A stretch of 47,061 nt of DNA. Source: an uncultured Thermoplasmatales archaeon (lineage in GTDB: Archaea; Thermoplasmatota; E2; UBA202; DSCA01). A model generated the notes under the pieces. That model worked only from the letters and a program-made list of their open reading frames with translations, did not search any database and had not been told where the DNA came from. The DNA is taken from positions 1 to 47,061 of the forward strand of contig CAZESS010000019.1 in assembly GCA_964514975.1 (NCBI GenBank). The letters run 5' to 3'. Of this stretch, positions 1 to 7,581 are shown one piece after another. The stretch's first letter is position 1, and each line of letters starts with the position of its first letter. Made by a program: the position numbers and the translations under genes.

Positions 1-20
1 GCCAGCCCTCCGCCGCGTAG

Positions 21-54
21 GAAGCCCCGCCATTCATGGCGGGGAGTACGTCAC
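21..54 (+). mobile_element. Right end of an IS200/IS605-family element (TnpB omegaRNA 3' scaffold-like); element body lies outside the window
   Basis: GAAG-CCCCGCCAT-TC-ATGGCGGGG-AGTACG-TCAC: a perfect 9-bp hairpin (25-33/36-44) followed shortly by a terminal TCAC, the typical layout of IS605-type right ends. Confidence 0.7.
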
Positions 55-1592
55 ACCGCCTCATGGAGGCGCCGTAGCATGAACTCCCGGCCCAGCGAGT
101 GGATGAAGTAGCCAGCCCGGGGACCCTTTTTCTGTCCGAGCAGGATGAGGTACAATGCCTTGAACGCTGTCCCGGCGGACAGGTCATGTTGCTCGGCTGC
201 GTCGTAGATGGTCTGATGGATGACCTCGGCGTCCCATGCCATGTCCTCCATTTTATGGCTGAGCGTTGTCAGGAAGCGCTGCTGCTCGCTGCTCAGATCG
301 ATGTCGGGCAGGCTGTTCTGCACCTCGAACTGTACCGTCTCCGGGGCATAGCTGTCGAGCCAGTATCGTACCCTGTTCCAGCGCTCCTTGAGTTTTTCTC
401 TGCCATGGCTGGAGAGCTTATCGATTTCACCGTTGCGCCGCAGAATTGTGAGCATGTCCTCGAAGCTGTCGGCTATCTGCGCCACGGTCACCAGATGCCG
501 GTAGGGCACCTGTACGGGCATGTCGCCCGGCGGGGTTCCGGATGGCTGCGACAGCTCGTAGATGCGCTTGTCCTCCTTGAGCTCCGCGTCTTCCATGCCG
601 TAGTAGGCGCGCTCGTAGCGGTCGTATTCGTCGACGAGGTCGAGCAGGCCGAAGCCGGCGTCGAACTCGATGTGCCGCGACGGCTCTGTTTTCATGAGCA
701 GAAACCGGAGCACCTCGGGCGGCGTGAGCTGGAGCATGTCCTCCGCCGCGATAGCAGTACCCGTGGAGCCATGCATGGCTCCCTTTCCCTTGAGATGGAT
801 GAACTCGTAGACGAGAGGCATCGGCGCCGCATGCTTGAAAATGTCGCGGACGATGGCCTGCCCGGTGTCCCATGAACCTCCGGCGGCTGCATGATCCTTG
901 CCGAACGCTTCAAATGTGACGTCGAACATCTGCCAGCGGGCCGGCCAGTCGACGCGCCAGGGAAGCTTGCCGACGCTGCCGTCAAGGGCGTTGACCTCGC
1001 CGCCTTCATCGCAGGAGCTGCAGTGATACGAGATGCGGGGCCAGTTGGTGGAGGTCACCTCGCCGGCCAGCCGGCCACATGCGGGGCAGCGGACGGTGAA
1101 CGGCATCCATCCCTCCGGCAGGTCCCGGCCGGCAATGCTGTTCAGGATTCGCCGGATGTCATCTGCGTGGTCGAGCGCCGTGTGGATTGCCTCGTTGTAC
1201 CTCCCCTGGCCGTACAGCTCGTGTGCCAGGTACACCGTCGGCTTTATCCCGAGCTCCTCAAGCGATGTGAGAAACGGCTGCAGAAAATGCTGGGCGTAGC
1301 TGTCATGGCTGCCGCAGGGGCAGGGTATCTCGGACAGCGGGTGGCCGACATGCTCTGCATATCTATCGGGCAGAAACGGGTAGACCTTCCGCAGCGGGTC
1401 AAAGGTGTCGCCGATGTAGATGAGCTCGGCCTCGCCGCCTGCATCGACGACGGCCCGGGTGACGGCGTCGGTGGTCAGCACCTCGCGCATGTTGCCGACA
1501 TGGATGGGGCCGGACGGCGTGATGGCCGTGGCGAGGACATGGCTGTCCCCTTGCTGCAGCAACTTCTGTGCCGTGACATCTGCCCAGTGCAT
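51..1592 (-). CDS. lysS: Class I lysyl-tRNA synthetase
   Basis: MHWAD start, TPSGPIHVGNMRE HIGH motif, GKLPWRVDWPARW, GKDH, C-terminal GPRAG; start trimmed to the ATG at 1592. Confidence 0.97.
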   Translation of the reverse strand: MHWADVTAQKLLQQGDSHVLATAITPSGPIHVGNMREVLTTDAVTRAVVDAGGEAELIYIGDTFDPLRKVYPFLPDRYAEHVGHPLSEIPCPCGSHDSYAQHFLQPFLTSLEELGIKPTVYLAHELYGQGRYNEAIHTALDHADDIRRILNSIAGRDLPEGWMPFTVRCPACGRLAGEVTSTNWPRISYHCSSCDEGGEVNALDGSVGKLPWRVDWPARWQMFDVTFEAFGKDHAAAGGSWDTGQAIVRDIFKHAAPMPLVYEFIHLKGKGAMHGSTGTAIAAEDMLQLTPPEVLRFLLMKTEPSRHIEFDAGFGLLDLVDEYDRYERAYYGMEDAELKEDKRIYELSQPSGTPPGDMPVQVPYRHLVTVAQIADSFEDMLTILRRNGEIDKLSSHGREKLKERWNRVRYWLDSYAPETVQFEVQNSLPDIDLSSEQQRFLTTLSHKMEDMAWDAEVIHQTIYDAAEQHDLSAGTAFKALYLILLGQKKGPRAGYFIHSLGREFMLRRLHEAV

Positions 1593-1664
1593 AGGCTGAA
1601 ATACCCTGTTTGTTAAATGTTTTTGGTTGGGCAACGCTTAAAACATCTCGTTTATTATCCATCC

Positions 1665-3083
1665 ATGCTTTCCAGCGAGGTTATGAACGAGCTCCGTCAG
1701 ACCGTAGCGCATGCGCAGCTTGTCACGTCGGCTGCCGGCCTGTACGCCTATGGATTCGACGCCTCCATCCACCATCGGACGCCCGACCTGGTCGTCCGAC
1801 CCCGGACAACGGAGGAGGTCAGCGCCGTCGTGAAAATCGCCGATGCACATGAGATACCCGTTGTGGCCCGGGGCTCCGGCACCGCGCTGTCGGGGCAGGC
1901 GGTTCCCATCAGGGGCGGCATCGTGCTTGACCTCTCGGGCATGGACAGGGTGCTCGAGGTGAACGTCGAGGACCTCTACTGCGTGGTCGAGCCGGGCGTG
2001 ATCTATGGGAGGCTCAACCGGCAGCTGGCGCCCAAGAAATTCTTTTTTCCGCCGTCGCCGGGCAGCAGCGACGTCTGCACCGTCGGCGGCATGGTTGCCT
2101 GCAACGCCTCGGGGATGCGCGCCATCAAATACGGCGCCACCCGTGACTACGTGCTCGGCCTCGAGGTCGTGTTGCCCGATGGGAGCGTTGCTCACATGGG
2201 CACCCGGACCATCAAAAACTCGTCGGGTTACCAGCTCGAAAAGCTCATGGTGGGCAGCGAGGGAACCCTGGGCGTTATCACCAGGATAACGCTCCGGCTG
2301 CTGCCGCTGCCGAAAAGCCGGGCTATCGCCATTGCCTCGTTCGACGAAATCGAGCAGGCCGGGCAGGGCATCTCAAACATCGTGGCGTCGGGACTTCAGC
2401 CATCGGGCCTGGAAATCATGGACAGCGTATGCATCCGGGCGGTCAACCAGTCCACCGGTGTCGGACTGCCCGATGCAGATGCGATCATCCTGGCCGAGGT
2501 GGACGGCGACGAAGCGGTCATCAGGGAGGACATCGAGGCCATCGCAGACATCTGCCGGGAGAGCGGCGCCACCAAGGTAGACTTCACCCACAAACAGGAG
2601 GAAATGGCGTCCCTGTGGCAGGGCCGGAAGAGCGTGCTGCCGTCGCTGTCGCGCTACGGCGAGGACTCCGTCTCGGTTTCGCTGGCCGACGACATGTCGG
2701 TTCCCATCTCGCGTATCCCCGTCGCTATCAAGCGCTTCCAGGAAATCGCTGACGAGCATGACATCCTGGTCGGCACCTACGGCCACGCGGGTGACGGCAA
2801 CCTGCACACCAAGGTCCTCATCAACCCCCTTGAGGAGGGAAGCTGGGGCCGAGCCGAGGCAGCCGTCGATGCCATCTATGAAACGGTGCTTGAGCTCCAG
2901 GGCACGGTCAGCGGCGAACACGGCATCGGCATCTCCAAGGCGCCCTGGATGCAGCGGGAGCGCCATGACACCCTTAAGCTCATGCATGCCATCAAGCAGG
3001 CCGTCGATCCGAAAAACATCATGAACCCGGGCAAGATTATGCAGTGGCAGGGAAGCATCATCAAATATCTGAGGTACCCGTGA
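1665..3083 (+). CDS. FAD-linked oxidase, GlcD/D-lactate dehydrogenase family
   Basis: ARGSGTALSG, GSEGTLGVIT, GHAGDGNLH, SGEHGIG, DPKNIMNPGK motifs. Confidence 0.93.
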   Translation: MLSSEVMNELRQTVAHAQLVTSAAGLYAYGFDASIHHRTPDLVVRPRTTEEVSAVVKIADAHEIPVVARGSGTALSGQAVPIRGGIVLDLSGMDRVLEVNVEDLYCVVEPGVIYGRLNRQLAPKKFFFPPSPGSSDVCTVGGMVACNASGMRAIKYGATRDYVLGLEVVLPDGSVAHMGTRTIKNSSGYQLEKLMVGSEGTLGVITRITLRLLPLPKSRAIAIASFDEIEQAGQGISNIVASGLQPSGLEIMDSVCIRAVNQSTGVGLPDADAIILAEVDGDEAVIREDIEAIADICRESGATKVDFTHKQEEMASLWQGRKSVLPSLSRYGEDSVSVSLADDMSVPISRIPVAIKRFQEIADEHDILVGTYGHAGDGNLHTKVLINPLEEGSWGRAEAAVDAIYETVLELQGTVSGEHGIGISKAPWMQRERHDTLKLMHAIKQAVDPKNIMNPGKIMQWQGSIIKYLRYP

Positions 3084-3087
3084 TACC

Positions 3088-4104
3088 ATGAAACATCTCG
3101 AGGAAATGAAACACGAGCTCATGTGCTGCACCGGCTGCGGCTACTGCAAACAAAACTGTCCCACGCTGGACATCGGCGGCACCGAGGCGGACAGCGGACG
3201 CGGCAGAGTGTTCCTCTCCTTTGGCCTCCTCACCGGCGAGCTCGAGGAGGAGCAGTCGCTGGTCGAGGCGTTGCAGCGCTGCCCCCTGTGCGGCCGGTGC
3301 GAGCAGGATTGCCCATCCAAGATTCCCATCAGCGACATCATCCAGACAGCCAGGCGTGACCTGACCATGCTGCTGCCATCTCACGAGGAACTAGCCACGC
3401 ATGTCAGAAAGCATGGCACCATCAACGGGGAGGAGCCCCAGCCGGATACCGAGGGCGGCAGCCTCGCATATTTTCCGGGCTGCGTCGCCACCTACCGGGC
3501 GCCCGAGCTCCGCGAGGCAGCCCTCGCCATATTCAACCATCTCGACGTCGACGTCACCATCCTGGAGGGATGCTGCGGCAGCCCGCTGGACGTCATCGGT
3601 GAGGACAACGGCAGGCTGCCCATGATGCGGGAGCGACTGGCCATGCATGACATCGACACCCTGGTGACCGGCTGCCCGAGCGGCCTGCTGGCGCTGCAGC
3701 CCCTCGCCGGCGAGGTGGAGCTGCTGCATCTCTCGGAGTTTGTCCTCCGGCAGGACGTCGACCTGGAAACCTTTGGAGAGCAATTGCTGTACCATGACCC
3801 CTCGGTGCTGGGCCGGAAGCTGGAGATATATGATGCACCCCGCGAGCTGCTCAGCCGGGCCGGCGGCTTCATCGAGTTCGACATGCACCATGAACTGGCG
3901 GGATGCTGCGGCGGCGACCTCGCTTTCTGTACGGCCTTCCCCGAAATGGCGGACGAAATGGCCCGCGAGCTGCGCATCGAGGCAGCCGAAAAACACGCTA
4001 TCGTGGTGACAGCGTCGCCCCAGTGCTACCTCCAGCTCAAAGGTCATAAAGGCCATGGCGACGTCATCGCGCTGGAGCAGGTCATCGCGGCGGGGCTGCG
4101 ATAA
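3088..4104 (+). CDS. Fe-S binding protein (2x4Fe-4S plus CCG domains), GlcF/HdrD-like partner of the oxidase
   Basis: [34 protein letters not shown] and CCGG motifs; starts 4 nt after the upstream stop. Confidence 0.88.
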   Translation: MKHLEEMKHELMCCTGCGYCKQNCPTLDIGGTEADSGRGRVFLSFGLLTGELEEEQSLVEALQRCPLCGRCEQDCPSKIPISDIIQTARRDLTMLLPSHEELATHVRKHGTINGEEPQPDTEGGSLAYFPGCVATYRAPELREAALAIFNHLDVDVTILEGCCGSPLDVIGEDNGRLPMMRERLAMHDIDTLVTGCPSGLLALQPLAGEVELLHLSEFVLRQDVDLETFGEQLLYHDPSVLGRKLEIYDAPRELLSRAGGFIEFDMHHELAGCCGGDLAFCTAFPEMADEMARELRIEAAEKHAIVVTASPQCYLQLKGHKGHGDVIALEQVIAAGLR

Positions 4105-4135
4105 GATTTTATCCCCGTCGTGCGATGTAGGGCCG

Positions 4136-4681
4136 ATGATACCTGACCGCGTCTTTCTCACCAAGGGCGTGGGGCGACATCGAGATAAGCTCCAGTCCTT
4201 CGAGCTGGCGCTCCGCGACGCCGGCATCGAGGTCTGCAACCTGGTCGAGGTCTCAAGCATCGTTCCACCTAACTGCACGATAATCGCCAGGGAGGAGGGC
4301 AAAAAACACATCCGGCCCGGCGAGATAACCTTCTGTGTGATGTCCCAGAACGCGACCGACGAGGCAAACCGGCAGATAGCGGCATCAGTCGGCATGGCGC
4401 TCCCCCGCAACCGTGACCTCTACGGCTACCTGTCCGAATACCACAGCTACGGGGAGCCAGCCAAGCAGGCCGGCGACTACGCCGAGGATTTGGCAGCGAC
4501 GATGCTTGCGACCACGCTCGGCCTGGACTTCGACCCCGAAAAGGCATGGGACGAGCGCAAGCAGGAATACCAGCTCAGCGGACACATCGTGCGCTCCTGG
4601 AACGTGACACAGTCGGCCCGCGGCGCAGCCGGCAAATGGACAACGGTGCTCGCCGCCGCCATCTTTTTGTTCGACGAATAG
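4136..4681 (+). CDS. pdaD: Pyruvoyl-dependent arginine decarboxylase
   Basis: [22 protein letters not shown] self-cleavage motif, [17 protein letters not shown]. Confidence 0.93.
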   Translation: MIPDRVFLTKGVGRHRDKLQSFELALRDAGIEVCNLVEVSSIVPPNCTIIAREEGKKHIRPGEITFCVMSQNATDEANRQIAASVGMALPRNRDLYGYLSEYHSYGEPAKQAGDYAEDLAATMLATTLGLDFDPEKAWDERKQEYQLSGHIVRSWNVTQSARGAAGKWTTVLAAAIFLFDE

Positions 4682-4682
4682 C

Positions 4683-5105
4683 CTATTCGAGCTGCATTTC
4701 AAGCAGCCCCTGTTCGTTCTCCGCCCGGTGGATAACCGCCGGGTCGAGACGCCGGAGCACCACTTCGTTGACCACCATCACCTCGCCGTCCATCAGATGG
4801 CCGCCCACGAGCCGGTGGTCGGAGCCCGCGAGTGCCACATGGATATGGGAGACCACGTCGCCGCTGTCCCGATGCCGCCCGATGTTTCCGTTCATCGACA
4901 CCAGCTCGACCGGCTCATCCAGCGTCTGCGTTTGATAGCCGTCGCCGTCATAGTAGCCGACGGATGCCCCGTCAAGCATGCCGATCCCGGACAGGACGAC
5001 GGCGGAATGGATGTCGTAGCGCCGCGCCAAATCCTCGATGTTCTCCAATGCTTTTCCCTCGGTAAACTTGGCGACATAGATGTCGCCCTGCTCTCTGACC
5101 TGCAT
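4683..5105 (-). CDS. PPC/DUF296 domain protein
   Basis: SGIGML, ELVSMNGNI, HIHVAL...GGHL motifs. Confidence 0.9.
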   Translation of the reverse strand: MQVREQGDIYVAKFTEGKALENIEDLARRYDIHSAVVLSGIGMLDGASVGYYDGDGYQTQTLDEPVELVSMNGNIGRHRDSGDVVSHIHVALAGSDHRLVGGHLMDGEVMVVNEVVLRRLDPAVIHRAENEQGLLEMQLE

Positions 5106-5166
5106 GACTGGAAAAAGGGGTTGTGTGGTAATATGTTTTTCCGTCCGGCTCTTTTTCTATTTTATA

Positions 5167-5201
5167 ATAACAGAAAACGTTATATACCATTTTTCTGTTA
5201 T
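5167..5201. repeat. Palindrome ATAACAGAAAA-N13-TTTTCTGTTAT enclosing the TATA-like box of the HEPN-MNT operon (left cassette end)
   Basis: Perfect 11-bp inverted repeat at 5167-5177/5191-5201 with TTATATA in the spacer. Confidence 0.85.
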
Positions 5202-5221
5202 CGTATAATAGAGATGATGCT

Positions 5222-5566
5222 ATGAAGGAAGTGGACCATTTTCTCAAAGCTGAGGAAATAATGGAAAGCATCAAGGAGCTGGCGGATGAGAACGGGAAGC
5301 ATGTCGTATCCATAGTTGAACTGTGTTACGGTGCTGCCCATCATTTCATTGCCGCCGGGTGTGAACAAAGATACGGCAGACATTATGATACACATGTCGG
5401 GACAGCCGCATTTCTTCGAGAACGGGGAGAAGATGAGACAGCAATTGCGTTTGAACGGCTGGATACCTTTCGCCACGGAAGGTGGTATGGAAACAAAGGA
5501 AATGGAAAAGTGGTGCGAGCATGTCTGACCATAGTAGGCAAGATACGGGAGTGGGCCAGGAAATGA
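5222..5566 (+). CDS. HEPN-domain protein, putative toxin (UPF0332-like)
   Basis: 114-aa helical protein with YGAAHH, THVG and RHGRWY (Rx4Y) motifs; ATGA-coupled to an MNT gene. Confidence 0.65.
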   Translation: MKEVDHFLKAEEIMESIKELADENGKHVVSIVELCYGAAHHFIAAGCEQRYGRHYDTHVGTAAFLRERGEDETAIAFERLDTFRHGRWYGNKGNGKVVRACLTIVGKIREWARK

Positions 5567-6183
5567 TATCGGATGAGATAAAGCCCGCCGTCATCGATTT
5601 CGTCTCGCGAGCTTCAGAGATATCTCATCTGGAGCAAATCATACTCTTTGGCTCTGCGGTTACCGGCGAGTTCCATACAAAAAGCGACATCGACGTACTC
5701 ATGGTGATGGACGTTGAAAACCCTGAGTTCAGCGAAGGAGCAACCAGGGCCCACAGGATTGCCTCTGACATAGCCAAAAAACACAAACTCGGGCATTCGT
5801 TTTCTATGGTATTCGTACAGCCGTCCTTTACTGATGTCGATACTGATTTCCTCTGGCAGGTGGCCAGGGCAGGAATCATCATCTGGGGAAAGCCATCCGT
5901 TGCCGCACAGGAAACACTTGAGCCGTGGATACTCATTTCATATACCTTAAAAGATATGAGCCCGAAACATAAGATGGCCGTCCATCGTGCTTTATACGGA
6001 TATAAGGTGGAGAAGAAAGTGGGAGACAAAGTATACCTCAATGAGCGGGAGGGGATGGTGAACAAAATGGGCGAAAAATTGGGAGAGGCTGTGGTTATGG
6101 TGCCTGCACGAAAAGCGGACCAGGTCCTCGAAGCACTAGATGCGTATGGGACAACGTATTCCCTCAAGAAAATATGGATGTAA
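5563..6183 (+). CDS. Minimal nucleotidyltransferase (MNT) with an extra C-terminal alpha/beta domain
   Basis: IILFGSAVTGE...SDIDVL Pol-beta motif; ATG at 5563 overlaps the HEPN stop; ~85-aa C-terminal extension. Confidence 0.85.
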   Translation: MISDEIKPAVIDFVSRASEISHLEQIILFGSAVTGEFHTKSDIDVLMVMDVENPEFSEGATRAHRIASDIAKKHKLGHSFSMVFVQPSFTDVDTDFLWQVARAGIIIWGKPSVAAQETLEPWILISYTLKDMSPKHKMAVHRALYGYKVEKKVGDKVYLNEREGMVNKMGEKLGEAVVMVPARKADQVLEALDAYGTTYSLKKIWM

Positions 6184-6187
6184 TTAC

Positions 6188-6225
6188 AATAACAGAAAAC
6201 ACGCATCATCCGGTATTCTGTTATT
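6188..6225. repeat. Palindrome AATAACAGAA-N18-TTCTGTTATT (right cassette end)
   Basis: 10-bp inverted repeat at 6188-6197/6216-6225; AATAACAGAAAAC is identical to 5166-5178. Confidence 0.85.
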
Positions 6226-6307
6226 TTATATCAGAATAAGGATGGAACATGATTTCTAGATATGGAAGCCACCGTATCGTGTTGTACTGTTTTCCCTTGC
6301 TTTGCGT

Positions 6308-7162
6308 TTACCCCTCGCCGTGCCACACACCTGGCTTTGTTACGTAGACGAAGACGCCCATGCCTCGTTCGATGGCGAAGTCCATCGCGGGCGGCGAGAT
6401 GCCGACCAGGTATGATGCAAACGTGCTGCTCGATGCGTTCCAGTAGGCCACGATGGTACAGTTGTCGATCGCGGTGCCCAGACCACTCGCGTTTGTTGCT
6501 GTCATATTGTACCAGCCGATGGTGTTCCAGCCGAGGGAGAGAGCAACCGATACTGATGGTTCGGGTGTCTCTATCACGTGGCATGTGCTGTTGCAGGCGA
6601 GGTAGAGGAAGTATCCGACCCCGGTGTGGACCGTGAAGTCCATGGCTGGTGGCGAGATGCCGACGAGGTAGGGCTGGAAGTATCCGAGCGTGGCGTTCCA
6701 GTAGGCAACGATGCTGCAATCGGAGATGTTTTCGCCAAGGCTGCAGGCGGTATGGGTGAACGTGCTGGGGATGGTGACGAGGTTCCAGCCCTGGCAGAGA
6801 TGCATAGGGAGCGGGGGGTGTATCAATGGATGTCCATCCTGGTTGTCGCCTCCGGGGATGGCGTATGGCGTGTCGCCGCTGCCGCCGCCGTCGATGGTGC
6901 AGTTTGCGGTGCCATTTTCCGATTGCAGCGTTATCTGCTTGTTGATGTTTATGTTTTCATAGAGGGTGCCGTCTCGGACGATGATGGTGTCGCCGGCGGA
7001 TGCGTTGTCAACGGCGGCCTGTATCGTGCCGTGGTCGTCCGGAACATATATTGTCGCTCTGGATGTTGCATTCTCGTTTTCGCCTCCCGCTGCTACACTC
7101 AAAGAGATCGTTCCAGCACCTATAAGCACGCCTGCGGCCAGAAAAAGCCATATTTTTTTCAT
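6308..7162 (-). CDS. Secreted NosD/CASH-type surface protein lacking its beta-helix core, with two C-terminal GWN repeats (possible pseudogene)
   Basis: GGGAGGTG SD, signal peptide, YVPDDHGTIQAAVDNASAGDTIIV cap joined directly to GDTPYAIPGGDNQD tail; two ~70-aa repeats sharing YLVGISPPAMDF. Confidence 0.7.
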   Translation of the reverse strand: MKKIWLFLAAGVLIGAGTISLSVAAGGENENATSRATIYVPDDHGTIQAAVDNASAGDTIIVRDGTLYENININKQITLQSENGTANCTIDGGGSGDTPYAIPGGDNQDGHPLIHPPLPMHLCQGWNLVTIPSTFTHTACSLGENISDCSIVAYWNATLGYFQPYLVGISPPAMDFTVHTGVGYFLYLACNSTCHVIETPEPSVSVALSLGWNTIGWYNMTATNASGLGTAIDNCTIVAYWNASSSTFASYLVGISPPAMDFAIERGMGVFVYVTKPGVWHGEG

Positions 7163-7204
7163 GGTTACACCCTCCCATTTTTTGTGGTATGAGGAATATG
7201 TGCA

Positions 7205-7505
7205 GGCCCTGCAACCTGTTTTTAATTCCATATCGAGAAGAAGACAGTTCCATCTCCCAACTAGCGGTAATGCCTCCCTCCGCTATTCCTCACATACAAA
7301 CACACAGACGCTATATATAGCTATCTGTCAACAAGGGAGGGGATGTAGAATGGCTGGTTAATGGATAGATTTTCCCAAGGTTACGAATAGTTGTTTCATC
7401 TCAATTGTATAGGCACTTCCTATACTTTTACTGATTATTCTACATCACCAACAAGGGACATGAAGGGCTTCCCGGGCTGGAAAATACGATACAGGTTGCA
7501 GGGCC
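7205..7505. mobile_element. Putative MITE-like non-autonomous element (301 bp)
   Basis: Perfect 15-bp terminal inverted repeats GGCCCTGCAACCTGT (7205-7219) / ACAGGTTGCAGGGCC (7491-7505), AT-rich non-coding interior; no clear TSD. Confidence 0.5.
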
Positions 7506-7581
7506 ATGTAGTATGTAACCGTCCCGGGAAGCCAGTGACATATCCTGTGGTGGCTATAAAATCATTGTCCCGTCGGTGTAT

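Noticed and set aside
1665-4104. Sec/Pyl readthrough or a novel redox system
   Set aside because: Stops coincide with normal family ends; GlcD/GlcF-like pairs are common
5167-6225. Palindromes as integron attC sites (AAC...GTT core) or Xer dif sites
   Set aside because: At ~35 bp they are much shorter than known attC sites, the spacer exceeds the 6-bp dif spacer, and no integrase is in the window; kept only as generic cassette ends
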